Part shown: positions 8,156 to 16,112 of the stretch, in pieces | Layout: the number at the start of each line of letters is the position of its first letter | Position numbering within the stretch: the first letter of the stretch is position 1 | Assembly: GCA_030700255.1 (NCBI GenBank) | Contig: JAUYJN010000043.1 | Span: forward strand, 16,785-80,784 | Direction of reading: 5' to 3' | DNA from: Candidatus Peregrinibacteria bacterium | GTDB lineage: Bacteria; Patescibacteriota; Gracilibacteria; UBA1369; JABINC01 | DNA length: 64,000 nt | Position numbers and translations under genes: made by a program | The notes under the pieces: model-generated | Told to the model about the DNA's origin: nothing | Seen by the model: only the letters and a program-made list of their open reading frames with translations | Database searches by the model: none

Positions 8156-9169
8156 ATGGCTTACAGTCTAAGGGATAGCAATTGGGTTGCTTCCAAAAAC
8201 TTGAATAAAAAAAGGATGATTTTTCTTGACACTTGTTTTTGGACGAAGTTCGTTGATGGCGAAAAAAGTTTTAAAGACTTGGTAGTTCTACTTGCAAGAC
8301 TTGTTGCCGAGGGCAAGGTGCATGTAGTTGTGAATGGTTTTTTATTAAGTGAGATTGCAGCCATTGGAGATGATGCCCAGGTTGATACAATATTTAACTT
8401 GATACAAAAATTGTCATCCAATGTATATATGCGACGTTTTGTAACGATCTTAGAATTAGAATTTGATGCACAAAAAGTTATCATGAATCATGATACTGCA
8501 TCGGTGAGCCATTTGAAATTAGAAGAAATTTTCGGTTGTTTTTGGGAATCCGTACATGCGTTTGAATATGAATCTGAGGAGGAGCTTAAGGATATGTCTA
8601 TTGAAGATAGGGACTATATTTTACGAGGCGTAGCGGAGAAATTTTATGCCGATTTGCCGATCAATTATTCAAAAACGATGTTGAGAGAATGTGGGCGAAA
8701 ATTCAAAGTGGCAATGCAGGATCTTTGTAAAAAATGTAAGAATGACAAAATAGCTGTTCTTCAAAAGGCTATTCTTGATGCCCAAAAGCAGTCGTTTGCC
8801 TCGTTCCTTGTCAAAGATACTGCAGAGGCGATTAAAATGCTTTCGAGTTTACCGAGAGCGAGTAGTGACAAGGAGGAAGCGGAGGTATCAATGGAAAAAA
8901 TTCGTAATGCATATTGCTCCAGGTCTACACATGATGGGTTGCTTTTACTCCTTGGACATTTCAAGAGAAATAAAGGGAAGCATCTCAAGTCAAATGATAT
9001 TTATGATACTCTTAACGTAGGAACAGTTATTCCGTATTGCGATATGATTTTTTGTGATTTATCTACCAGAAACCACTGTATGCAGTCAGGATTAGATAAA
9101 AAATTTCAGGTTGAAATTTATTCTGAGCGAGAGATAGATCTTTTTAAGCAAAAGCTCGAGCAGTTGTAA
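8156..9169 (+). CDS. Hypothetical protein with possible split PIN-like signature
   Basis: ORF-track frame 8105..9169 starts at TTG; the first ATG is 8156 and another is at 8216 (MIFLDTCFW...). An N-terminal IFLDTCFW and a C-terminal DMIFCDLSTRN are reminiscent of the first and last acidic motifs of PIN-like (DUF4935-type) domains. This is a weak assignment. Confidence 0.5.
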   Translation: MAYSLRDSNWVASKNLNKKRMIFLDTCFWTKFVDGEKSFKDLVVLLARLVAEGKVHVVVNGFLLSEIAAIGDDAQVDTIFNLIQKLSSNVYMRRFVTILELEFDAQKVIMNHDTASVSHLKLEEIFGCFWESVHAFEYESEEELKDMSIEDRDYILRGVAEKFYADLPINYSKTMLRECGRKFKVAMQDLCKKCKNDKIAVLQKAILDAQKQSFASFLVKDTAEAIKMLSSLPRASSDKEEAEVSMEKIRNAYCSRSTHDGLLLLLGHFKRNKGKHLKSNDIYDTLNVGTVIPYCDMIFCDLSTRNHCMQSGLDKKFQVEIYSEREIDLFKQKLEQL

Positions 9170-9273
9170 ATCTGTGATTATAATCTTTTGTCGCCTGAGG
9201 GGAGTAAATGGTAGGTCTTTTTGCCAATTTTGAGTGAATGCAAGTATGCCTTCACTTCAGGTGTAGGTCTCAT

Positions 9274-9462
9274 TCATTGCAATTTTATTTTTTTACTCAA
9301 TTTTCCGATCACTTTCGTTACTTTAACTTTAATTACATTATCAATTTGCTCAAGTGGAGCTGTATCAAAATTTATGGATGGTTTTTCATTCTCATGTTTT
9401 TTCAAAAATGATTCGCCATCTTTCCCCCGTAAGCACCCATTGTCAATTTTTATTTGAGCCAT
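9274..9462 (-). CDS. Small hypothetical ORF, probably the 3' remnant of a truncated gene
   Basis: The frame stays open upstream to 9582 (DKIKKPDPEAQRTLYAENLKSFADAIDGFIKEF...) with no start codon. It is preceded by tandem TAA TAA. No family recognised. Confidence 0.25.
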   Translation of the reverse strand: MAQIKIDNGCLRGKDGESFLKKHENEKPSINFDTAPLEQIDNVIKVKVTKVIGKLSKKIKLQ

Positions 9463-9654
9463 AATTTCAATAACTTGTCCTATGAATTCTTTTATAAATC
9501 CATCTATGGCGTCTGCGAATGATTTAAGATTTTCGGCATATAAAGTTCTTTGTGCTTCAGGATCAGGTTTTTTTATTTTATCTTATTAAGTTGACGTGCA
9601 TTTCATTTTTTCTTGTAAATCAAGCGTATAAAATACACCAAATGAACAAAATAT

Positions 9655-9841
9655 TAATAATAAAGCCGACCACTTTGAGTTTAAATAGGTATACACAATA
9701 GAAGTTGACCGATGTCAAAAATTTCGGCGCCGAAAAAATGGACAAGTGTTGCGAGATATTGCGTTTTGTCCTATTTCCCCTCTGTACGAAAGTCTGCCCG
9801 GGCAGAGATTCATGGTCGGTTAATCGCTCAAATAAGCGATT
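9655..9841 (+). repeat. Mosaic intergenic repeat, copy D (M1-M2-M3-M4), with 7-nt inverted termini
   Basis: CCGACCA (9666-9672) and TGGTCGG (9813-9819) bound a 154-bp unit. Contains TTTCGGCGCCGAAA (9722-9735) and the perfect palindrome TCTGCCCGGGCAGA (9793-9806). It is followed by the hairpin AATCGCT-caaata-AGCGATT (9822-9841). Confidence 0.85.
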
Positions 9842-9892
9842 TGACTATAAAAACGTGGTTTATACACCACAATTAGCGGGGAGGTTTTTTTC

Positions 9893-10216
9893 TTACTTCC
9901 CGAGTGCGAGATCTCGAAGGAAACTGGAGATTGAGTTATAACCTGATTCGACAGCTTTTCTTTCAATTGCTTTTTTATCCTCTGGCGCGACTCTGAAACG
10001 GATCAATTCAGCGTGCTGTTTTTTATATTTTTGTTCGGCGAGAATAAGTTTCGGAAGATCATTAAGCAAATCAACTATATCTTCATTCAAAAATTCTTGT
10101 TTGATATGAGCATCTTTACATTCGATAATTGTAGTCTTTTTATCTATCGGCGAAATCGTATAAGAGTACTTCTTATTTTTCAAAGTAATAAAATGTTTGA
10201 TTGATGATTTTTTCAT
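9893..10216 (-). CDS. hicB: HicB-position antitoxin with C-terminal ribbon-helix-helix domain
   Basis: 107 aa, immediately downstream of hicA. The C-terminus IRFRVAPEDKKAIERKAVESGYNSISSFLRDLALGK is an RHH/CopG-type DNA-binding motif. Confidence 0.6.
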   Translation of the reverse strand: MKKSSIKHFITLKNKKYSYTISPIDKKTTIIECKDAHIKQEFLNEDIVDLLNDLPKLILAEQKYKKQHAELIRFRVAPEDKKAIERKAVESGYNSISSFLRDLALGK

Positions 10217-10239
10217 AAATTGATTAGTGATTGAGGATC

Positions 10240-10485
10240 TTAATAAAGATGATTTTTGATAATTAATTTTGCCGCTAAGTCCTTATAAAAGGTTTTGCAA
10301 TCGTTGTGATGGAGGGGAATAACGAGGTCTCTATCCAGAGAATGGTGTTTAAACTTTTCATGGCTTCCACCTTGAACGGGCAAATACTCAAAGCCTAATT
10401 TCAAAAGAATTTTTTTAATTTGGTCATAACGTACACTGCCGGGATTTTTCAGGAATTTAACAATCAGCTTTTCTATCTGTGTCAT
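10240..10485 (-). CDS. hicA: HicA-family mRNA interferase toxin
   Basis: 81 aa. LKLGFEYLPVQGGSHEKFKHHSLDRDLVIPLHHNDCKTFYKDL matches the HicA (YcfA) GSH..F.H...IP.H pattern. Confidence 0.8.
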   Translation of the reverse strand: MTQIEKLIVKFLKNPGSVRYDQIKKILLKLGFEYLPVQGGSHEKFKHHSLDRDLVIPLHHNDCKTFYKDLAAKLIIKNHLY

Positions 10486-10504
10486 CTTTCATAACAAGAA
10501 TAAT

Positions 10505-10541
10505 GTGGCTACATTATATATGGATGTAGCTACGAAGTCAA
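10505..10541 (-). promoter_or_regulatory. Sigma70-type promoter with overlapping inverted-repeat operator for hicAB
   Basis: Minus strand: TTGACT (10536-10541), 17-nt spacer, TATAAT (10513-10518). The inverted repeat GTAGCTACAT / ATGTAGCCAC (10524-10533 and 10505-10514, 9/10 match) flanks the -10. Confidence 0.6.
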
Positions 10542-10575
10542 TGGTCGATTTTTGGTTTGTGGCAGGGGTTTTGCT
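10536..10575 (+). repeat. Partial mosaic repeat, copy E (M4 end + M5)
   Basis: atggtcgatttttggtttgtggcaggggtt (10541-10570) matches 7821-7850 with 2 mismatches. Confidence 0.75.
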
Positions 10576-10584
10576 ATTTTTTCG

Positions 10585-11085
10585 CTATCTCAAGTTGAAA
10601 AGAGTGTAAAGAATAAATCCGCTTAATGTTAAAAGAACTAAATATGTTGATCTTTTTCTGTCGAATTTGTATTTTTTAGTACGATTTTCAATATAGTCTT
10701 CATATCTTTCGACTACTTCTCCTTTTATAAAAGTGCCGTCTTCTAATGGTTGTTGTAAAGGGATTGCGGAAGTTTTAGCCTCAGGAGTGTCAGGTAATGC
10801 GAACGCACTATATTTCCCAAGCTGACGCACCGCCTCGCCTGAAAATGTAAGCCCACGAGCTTCTAAATTATTTTGAGTATCTTCGATTTCTTTTTGAAGT
10901 CTGGCCCCCGCTTCTTTCATATCATATTCAAATTCATTTTTTAGTCGAGCGCGATCATTTAGCCATAAAAATATGTGTAAAACTAATACCGAAATAAAAA
11001 AGAAGATAACAGTACCGTCTGATTCCCAAATTTTTGAAGTCATCTCCATGAATTTCCAGTCTACATCTTTAGTTGCATCTTCCAT
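10585..11085 (-). CDS. Hypothetical membrane protein (two predicted TM helices)
   Basis: 166 aa, located 11 nt downstream of dnaK. Hydrophobic segments VIFFFISVLVLHIFLWL and LVLLTLSGFILYTLF. Confidence 0.5.
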   Translation of the reverse strand: MEDATKDVDWKFMEMTSKIWESDGTVIFFFISVLVLHIFLWLNDRARLKNEFEYDMKEAGARLQKEIEDTQNNLEARGLTFSGEAVRQLGKYSAFALPDTPEAKTSAIPLQQPLEDGTFIKGEVVERYEDYIENRTKKYKFDRKRSTYLVLLTLSGFILYTLFNLR

Positions 11086-11096
11086 TTATATATATT

Positions 11097-13064
11097 TTAC
11101 TTCCCCTCATCCACAACCTCTCCTTCAACTACTTCTTCGTCTTTGTTGTTGTCGGTGACTTTTACGCCATCATCCGCGCTATCGCCGGAGGTGCCGCCTT
11201 CTTCAGATGAGCCTTCATGCGAAGCATTCGCTTCGCTGGTCTTAGCGGCTTCGTACATTGCCGCACCGACTTTTTGGATTTCTTCGGAGAGTGATTCCGT
11301 TGCTTTTTTGAGAGCGTCGAGATCGAGGTCGGGTTTTGCCAGTTCGTCTTTTACTGCTTGTATTTTTTCTTCAACCGGTTTCTTGACGTCGTCTGCAACT
11401 TTGTCTCCAGAATCCTTAAGAAGTTTTTCGGATTGGAATATCAGTGACTCGGCTTGGTTTTTCACTTCGGCGAGATCTTTTTTCTTTGCGTCTTCTTCGG
11501 CGTGAATTTCGGCTTCTTTCCTTAGTTTCTCTACTTCTTCGTCAGAGAGTCCAGAGCTTCCGGTGATTGTAATGTGTTGCTCTTTGTTTGTTGCTTTGTC
11601 TTTTGCTCGTACGCTAAGTATACCGTTGGCATCGATGTCAAATGCGACCTCTACCTGTGGCACTCCGCGCGGAGCCGGTGGAATTCCGTCCAGTATAAAT
11701 CTACCGAGAGATTTGTTGTCTGCGGCCATTGGTCGTTCACCTTGAAGTACGTTTATTTCAACTGAAGGCTGATTGTCAGAATAAGTTGAGAATGTTTGTG
11801 CTTTTGAAGTTGGTATAGTTGAGTTTCTCTCAATCATTGGAGTTGCTACTCCTCCTGCAGTTTCGATACTTAGAGTAAGTGGGGTTACGTCGAGTAGGAG
11901 AATGTCTTTAACATCTCCCTGAAGTACTCCACCTTGGATAGCGGCACCAAGTGCAACTACTTCGTCCGGATTAATTCCTTTGTGAGGCTCTTTTCCGAAA
12001 ATTTCTTTTACTTTTGCTTGAACTGCCGGCATACGAGTAGTTCCACCAACCAGTAAAACCTCTTCAATATCGCTCGCAGAAAGTTTTGCATCCTTGAGTG
12101 CGGCTTTACATGGTGCGACAACTTTTTCTATTACATCGCTCACGAGTTCTTCGAACTTCGCTCGCGTAATTTTCATATTAAGATGCTTTGGGCCACTTGC
12201 ATCTGCCGTGATAAACGGTTGGTTGATTGTAGTTTCTTGCGCAGTCGAAAGTTCGATTTTTGCTTTCTCAGCATCTTCTTTAACTCTTTGAAGAGCCATG
12301 TTGTCCTTACTCAGATCAACTCCTGTTTCTTTTTTGAATTCTTGAATTATATAGTCGATAAGCACTTCGTCGAAATCATCCCCACCGAGGGTTGTGTCAC
12401 CGTTTGTAGATAAAACTTCAAATTGTTTTTCACCTTCTACATTGTCGATTTCGAGAATTGATACGTCGAAAGTACCTCCACCAAAGTCGAATACTGCAAC
12501 TTTGTGCTCACCTTGTTTTTTGTCGATCCCATATGCGAGAGCAGCTGCCGTTGGTTCGTTGATAATACGTTTTACTTCAAGCCCTGCGATTTTACCCGCA
12601 TCCTTAGTCGCTTGTCTCTGTGAATCATTGAAGTATGCAGGAACTGTTATTACAGCCTCTGTAACTTCCTGACCGAGGTATGCCTCTGCATCCGCTTTGA
12701 GTTTTTGAAGAACCATAGCTGAGATTTCAGCTGGTCGCCTCATCTCTCCGCCCAGCTCGATTTCAGCCTCATTCTTTTTACCTTTAGCCACCTTAAAAGG
12801 CATTCTTTTTACGAGTCCTGATTTCTCTACTTCTGCAAATGTTTTACCAATAAATCTTTTTGCAGAGAAAATTGTTTGTTCCGGATTAGTAATTGCTTGG
12901 CGTTTTGCTAAAGTTCCTACGAATCTTTCACCATCTTTCATAGCTACGACTGATGGAGTAGTACGGTTACCTTCCGCATTTGTAATAATGACAGCTTCAC
13001 CGCCTTCCATAACAGCCATACAAGAGTTAGTTGTCCCGAGGTCGATTCCGATTATCTTTCCCAT
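11097..13064 (-). CDS. dnaK: Molecular chaperone DnaK (Hsp70)
   Basis: 655 aa. Contains [39 protein letters not shown] and other canonical Hsp70 signatures. Confidence 0.97.
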   Translation of the reverse strand: MGKIIGIDLGTTNSCMAVMEGGEAVIITNAEGNRTTPSVVAMKDGERFVGTLAKRQAITNPEQTIFSAKRFIGKTFAEVEKSGLVKRMPFKVAKGKKNEAEIELGGEMRRPAEISAMVLQKLKADAEAYLGQEVTEAVITVPAYFNDSQRQATKDAGKIAGLEVKRIINEPTAAALAYGIDKKQGEHKVAVFDFGGGTFDVSILEIDNVEGEKQFEVLSTNGDTTLGGDDFDEVLIDYIIQEFKKETGVDLSKDNMALQRVKEDAEKAKIELSTAQETTINQPFITADASGPKHLNMKITRAKFEELVSDVIEKVVAPCKAALKDAKLSASDIEEVLLVGGTTRMPAVQAKVKEIFGKEPHKGINPDEVVALGAAIQGGVLQGDVKDILLLDVTPLTLSIETAGGVATPMIERNSTIPTSKAQTFSTYSDNQPSVEINVLQGERPMAADNKSLGRFILDGIPPAPRGVPQVEVAFDIDANGILSVRAKDKATNKEQHITITGSSGLSDEEVEKLRKEAEIHAEEDAKKKDLAEVKNQAESLIFQSEKLLKDSGDKVADDVKKPVEEKIQAVKDELAKPDLDLDALKKATESLSEEIQKVGAAMYEAAKTSEANASHEGSSEEGGTSGDSADDGVKVTDNNKDEEVVEGEVVDEGK

Positions 13065-13157
13065 GTTATTTGAAATTAAAGTTTAAATATTTTGAGTATT
13101 TGCTAATTGTTGGCTTCGCCTCCTTACTCGCAAACGAAGCTTTCGCCGCTTGCGTTA

Positions 13158-13184
13158 TTAGCACTCATCATTGTAGAGTGCTAA
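13158..13184. promoter_or_regulatory. Perfect CIRCE operator (HrcA binding site)
   Basis: TTAGCACTC-atcattgta-GAGTGCTAA equals the consensus TTAGCACTC-N9-GAGTGCTAA. It lies in the grpE-dnaK spacer. Confidence 0.85.
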
Positions 13185-13198
13185 ACCCCTTTGGTCAA
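13170..13198 (-). promoter_or_regulatory. Sigma70-type promoter for dnaK overlapping the CIRCE element
   Basis: Minus strand: TTGACC (13193-13198), 17-nt spacer, TACAAT (13170-13175). The -10 sits inside the CIRCE spacer. Confidence 0.6.
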
Positions 13199-13206
13199 GA
13201 GTAATT

Positions 13207-13734
13207 TTAAGCCGCTTCTCCGTTTCCGACTTTTACTTTAGTTGGTCTAAGTATGCGAGTCCCCATCATGTATCCTTTCTCCAGTTCTTCGAGAATTATG
13301 TCTTTTTCGCCAGGTCCTTGCATGAGGGCTTCGTGGAGGTTGAGGTCTAGTTTTTGGCCGATAGCTTGGATCGGTGCGACTCCTTGTTTTTGCAAAATCC
13401 CGTGAAATTGTTGATCGATTCCCTGTATTCCTTGGTGCCATTCATTTCCTTTGATTTCTTCCGGGACATTTTGAAGTGCTCGGTCAAAATTATCAGTTAC
13501 TTGGAGTAGTTCGAGTACTAGATTTGCCGTCGCAAATTGTGCGAAAGCTTTTTTTTCTTCCTCACTTCTTCTTTTGAAATTAGCCAGGTCCGCAGTTGCT
13601 TGTTGAGCGAGGTTTGTGAGTTGAGCGATTTTGGCATCTATTTCCGCTTGTTCATTTAGTTCTTCTTGTTCCTTGATCTTTTGTTGAATCTCATCGAGTG
13701 GCTCAACCTGATTATCGTCTTGTTGTGTATTCAT
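13207..13734 (-). CDS. grpE: Nucleotide exchange factor GrpE
   Basis: 175 aa. Coiled-coil N-terminus, then FKRRSEEEKKAFAQFATANLVLELLQVTDNFDRAL and C-terminal GYMMGTRILRPTKVKV, as in GrpE. Confidence 0.9.
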   Translation of the reverse strand: MNTQQDDNQVEPLDEIQQKIKEQEELNEQAEIDAKIAQLTNLAQQATADLANFKRRSEEEKKAFAQFATANLVLELLQVTDNFDRALQNVPEEIKGNEWHQGIQGIDQQFHGILQKQGVAPIQAIGQKLDLNLHEALMQGPGEKDIILEELEKGYMMGTRILRPTKVKVGNGEAA

Positions 13735-13746
13735 TATATATAAGTG

Positions 13747-14451
13747 TTAGAGCATGTTTTTAATTTCTTCGAGAACGGCTTTGTTGTATGCGTAGCTCAT
13801 GCGAGTAGGGCCGAGGATTCCGATGTGGCCACCAAAGCCATCTAGTTCGTATTCGGTTACGATTATTGAGCAGCTTTCTATTTCTTTGATCAAGTTCTCT
13901 TTTCCTATAAATATTTTTACGTCTTTGTCAGTTGGAAGTTTTTTTAGAATGTTTCTGAATTTTGTGCCATTTTCAAGCACTTCGATTACTTGACTCGCGC
14001 GCATTGGTTCATCGAGAAATTCTTGATTCCGTAGAATCTTTGAAGTCCCAAGAAAGAATGCTCTCTCATTATTGGGTACAGTTGCAAAACATAAATTTTC
14101 AACTGCTTGAGATAATATATTCATTGCCTCATAGAGTTTTTGCTTAGCTTGATGCGCTTGGTTTTGCTCTATCAAATGAGTAATTGTCGTTTTTGCAATT
14201 TTTTGAGCATGTTTGTAATCAGCGAGTTCGTTAACGAAAAGTCTATAACCTTGATCTGTTGGAATACGACCTGCCGAAGTATGTGGTTGGAATATCAGAC
14301 CTTCTTTTTCGAGAGTAGCCATGTCATTTCGAATAGTTGCAGGACTTACATTGAGGTTAAATCTCACTACTATACTTTTTGAACCGACCGGTTCCGCAGT
14401 CTGTATAAACTGCTCAACGATTGCACGTAAAATTTCTATCCTTCTGTCCAT
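13747..14451 (-). CDS. hrcA: Heat-inducible transcription repressor HrcA (compact, 234 aa)
   Basis: N-terminal winged helix [26 protein letters not shown]...[18 protein letters not shown] and C-terminal [13 protein letters not shown]. It is about 100 aa shorter than typical HrcA. Confidence 0.85.
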   Translation of the reverse strand: MDRRIEILRAIVEQFIQTAEPVGSKSIVVRFNLNVSPATIRNDMATLEKEGLIFQPHTSAGRIPTDQGYRLFVNELADYKHAQKIAKTTITHLIEQNQAHQAKQKLYEAMNILSQAVENLCFATVPNNERAFFLGTSKILRNQEFLDEPMRASQVIEVLENGTKFRNILKKLPTDKDVKIFIGKENLIKEIESCSIIVTEYELDGFGGHIGILGPTRMSYAYNKAVLEEIKNML

Positions 14452-14478
14452 AATGGTTCACTTAATGCAGAAAGTATT

Positions 14479-14505
14479 TTAGCACTTCAAGCGTGACAGT
14501 GCCAG
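14479..14505. promoter_or_regulatory. Degenerate CIRCE-like element upstream of hrcA
   Basis: TTAGCACTt-caagcgtga-cAGTGCcAg. The left arm matches 8/9 and the right arm 6/9 of the consensus. It starts 28 nt upstream of the hrcA start codon. Confidence 0.4.
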
Positions 14506-14610
14506 TATTTTTTTTGTCGCTCTTAAATTTTCCAGATATCGTTTTTAAAAAATTGTAATTTTCTTTATGTCTATGTATTGTAAGGTGCGAGTATTTTTTA
14601 ATTATTTATA

Positions 14611-16098
14611 ATGACTTTTAAAACACGCCTTGTTGCGATGCTTGTGTCTGTGATTGGTTTGATGTTTCTATCTACATCTTTAGCGTTTGCAGCGGATATA
14701 GAAGTGGATATAGTGGTTCGTGGAGAAAGTACTGTTGCCGTTCCAAACGCCACAGTGACTATGTTTGTACGTGATGATGCGACAGGGGTTTATTCGCAAT
14801 ATGGTTCTCCGTATGTGACCAATTCAGCTGGTCGTGCTAACAATGTAATGGTGCCGTCCGGGTCAACTTTTTACGGTTTGGCTACAGATGCTTCAGATAA
14901 TTATTACGCATGGTCCGGATATGGTTTTGATAATATTTGGATAGCACAGGCTGATGGAAGCATAATTAATGCCGGTAATGGTATTGTTCGTGGCCCGGCT
15001 TCTACATATGTACATTTATATCCTGGTGATAATTCTGTTACTGCCGCGGTTGATCCGGCCCCAGTGGACGAACCTGTCGTACCACCTACTACCGTAGATG
15101 AACCCGTTGTTGTTGATACTCCAACTACTATAGATGGAGCTGAGGATTTTGAAGTGCAAGTGACTGTGTACAATAATCACAGAGATCCTATAATTGGCGC
15201 ACATGTAACACTTTATGTTGTTGGGCATGGTGCGTACACCACCGGTATTACGGATGGAGCAGGTAGGACGCATGAAATCATGGCGCCGCTTGGTTATAAT
15301 TTTTATGCAAGTGCGGTTGATGATACAGGTCAAACTTATGGTGGTACTTATGATTATTACTATAAACGACAAAATATATGGACTGGAGGGGATAGTGGAG
15401 AAAGCATTTCTAATATTTCTACAGGAACTACTCGGTTGCCTTATTTACATTTATATCCAGAGGAATTTTTGCCGGCAAGTGTCACAGATACACCTGGTGC
15501 TTCAGAATTGTTTGATCCCCATACATACTTGTGTGGAGGTTTCCCGGATGCAGTTTATGAGGATATTACTCCTGAAGAATGTACTGCTGTTGGATACGTC
15601 ACCGATGGAGGGATCTTTAGTGGGACAGATGCCGGTATGCTTGAGTGGAACCGCCCGATCAATCGTGCAGAAGTTACAAAAGTTATGCTTGAGGCATATC
15701 ATTATTCGGTTGGTACACCTGCGAGTTATTCGCGAATTTTCCCTGATGTGCCAAAAGTAGGGAGGTGGTTTAGCAATTATGTTTATAACGCTCTTGCAAA
15801 TTCTATCGTTGGTGGCTATCCGGATGGATTTTTCCGACCGGAAAACCCTATCAATCGCGTCGAGCTGCTTCGAATTTTTATAGAAGCTTCAAAGATGAGC
15901 TATGCTGATGTACCGACAAATTTTACATTTTGGCATGATGTGGATGTAAACGAGAGTACCGCTTGGTTTATTCCATATGCAAATTTTGCATTTTATAACG
16001 AACTACTTGAAAACGATGGAAATCTCGAACCTGCCAAAGCAATGACTCGCATGGACGTTATCAAACTTCTGTATCGAGCAAGCTTGATTGGTGCGTAA
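14611..16098 (+). CDS. Secreted surface protein with duplicated N-terminal beta-rich domains and three C-terminal SLH-like repeats
   Basis: Signal peptide MTFKTRLVAMLVSVIGLMFLSTSLAFA. Internal repeat DIEVDIVVRG.../DFEVQVTVYNN.... Linker VDEPVVPPTTVDEPVVVDTP. SLH-like segments such as FPDVPKVGRWFSNYVYNALANSIVGGYPDGFFRPENPINRVELL. Confidence 0.75.
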   Translation: MTFKTRLVAMLVSVIGLMFLSTSLAFAADIEVDIVVRGESTVAVPNATVTMFVRDDATGVYSQYGSPYVTNSAGRANNVMVPSGSTFYGLATDASDNYYAWSGYGFDNIWIAQADGSIINAGNGIVRGPASTYVHLYPGDNSVTAAVDPAPVDEPVVPPTTVDEPVVVDTPTTIDGAEDFEVQVTVYNNHRDPIIGAHVTLYVVGHGAYTTGITDGAGRTHEIMAPLGYNFYASAVDDTGQTYGGTYDYYYKRQNIWTGGDSGESISNISTGTTRLPYLHLYPEEFLPASVTDTPGASELFDPHTYLCGGFPDAVYEDITPEECTAVGYVTDGGIFSGTDAGMLEWNRPINRAEVTKVMLEAYHYSVGTPASYSRIFPDVPKVGRWFSNYVYNALANSIVGGYPDGFFRPENPINRVELLRIFIEASKMSYADVPTNFTFWHDVDVNESTAWFIPYANFAFYNELLENDGNLEPAKAMTRMDVIKLLYRASLIGA

Positions 16099-16112
16099 AA
16101 AATGACTAGTTA

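Noticed and set aside
6600-9740. CRISPR array, suggested by the four copies of the ~33-nt M2 motif
   Set aside because: Spacing is irregular (about 1100, 255 and 1760 nt). Protein genes lie between the copies, the flanks of the copies are also homologous, and there are no cas genes in the window.
6522-10575. Integron attC sites or a CALIN array as the explanation for the repeats
   Set aside because: I could not find the R''/L''...L'/R' architecture (RYYYAAC...GTTRRRY) at module borders. The modules are mosaic rather than single imperfect palindromes. The cassettes have their own promoters and mixed orientation, and no intI is present. The idea is kept only as an analogy in the findings.
11143-12672. 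Antisense and shadow ORFs in the track (for example 11143..11505, 12394..12672, 35591..36196, 15215..15760, 45822..46133, 1969..2214, 6249..6509, 6424..6666, 7678..8007, 9705..9941)
   Set aside because: They lie opposite to, or out of frame within, strongly supported genes, or inside the non-coding repeats. They have low-complexity or Ser/Cys/Phe-rich translations typical of antisense frames, and their frames are not conserved between repeat copies.
13095-13130. Strong Shine-Dalgarno-like AAGGAGG on the minus strand upstream of dnaK, as a hidden start site
   Set aside because: It is about 45 nt from the dnaK ATG with no start codon at the right distance. It sits in the loop of a GCTTCG/CGAAGC hairpin and is probably part of the leader structure.
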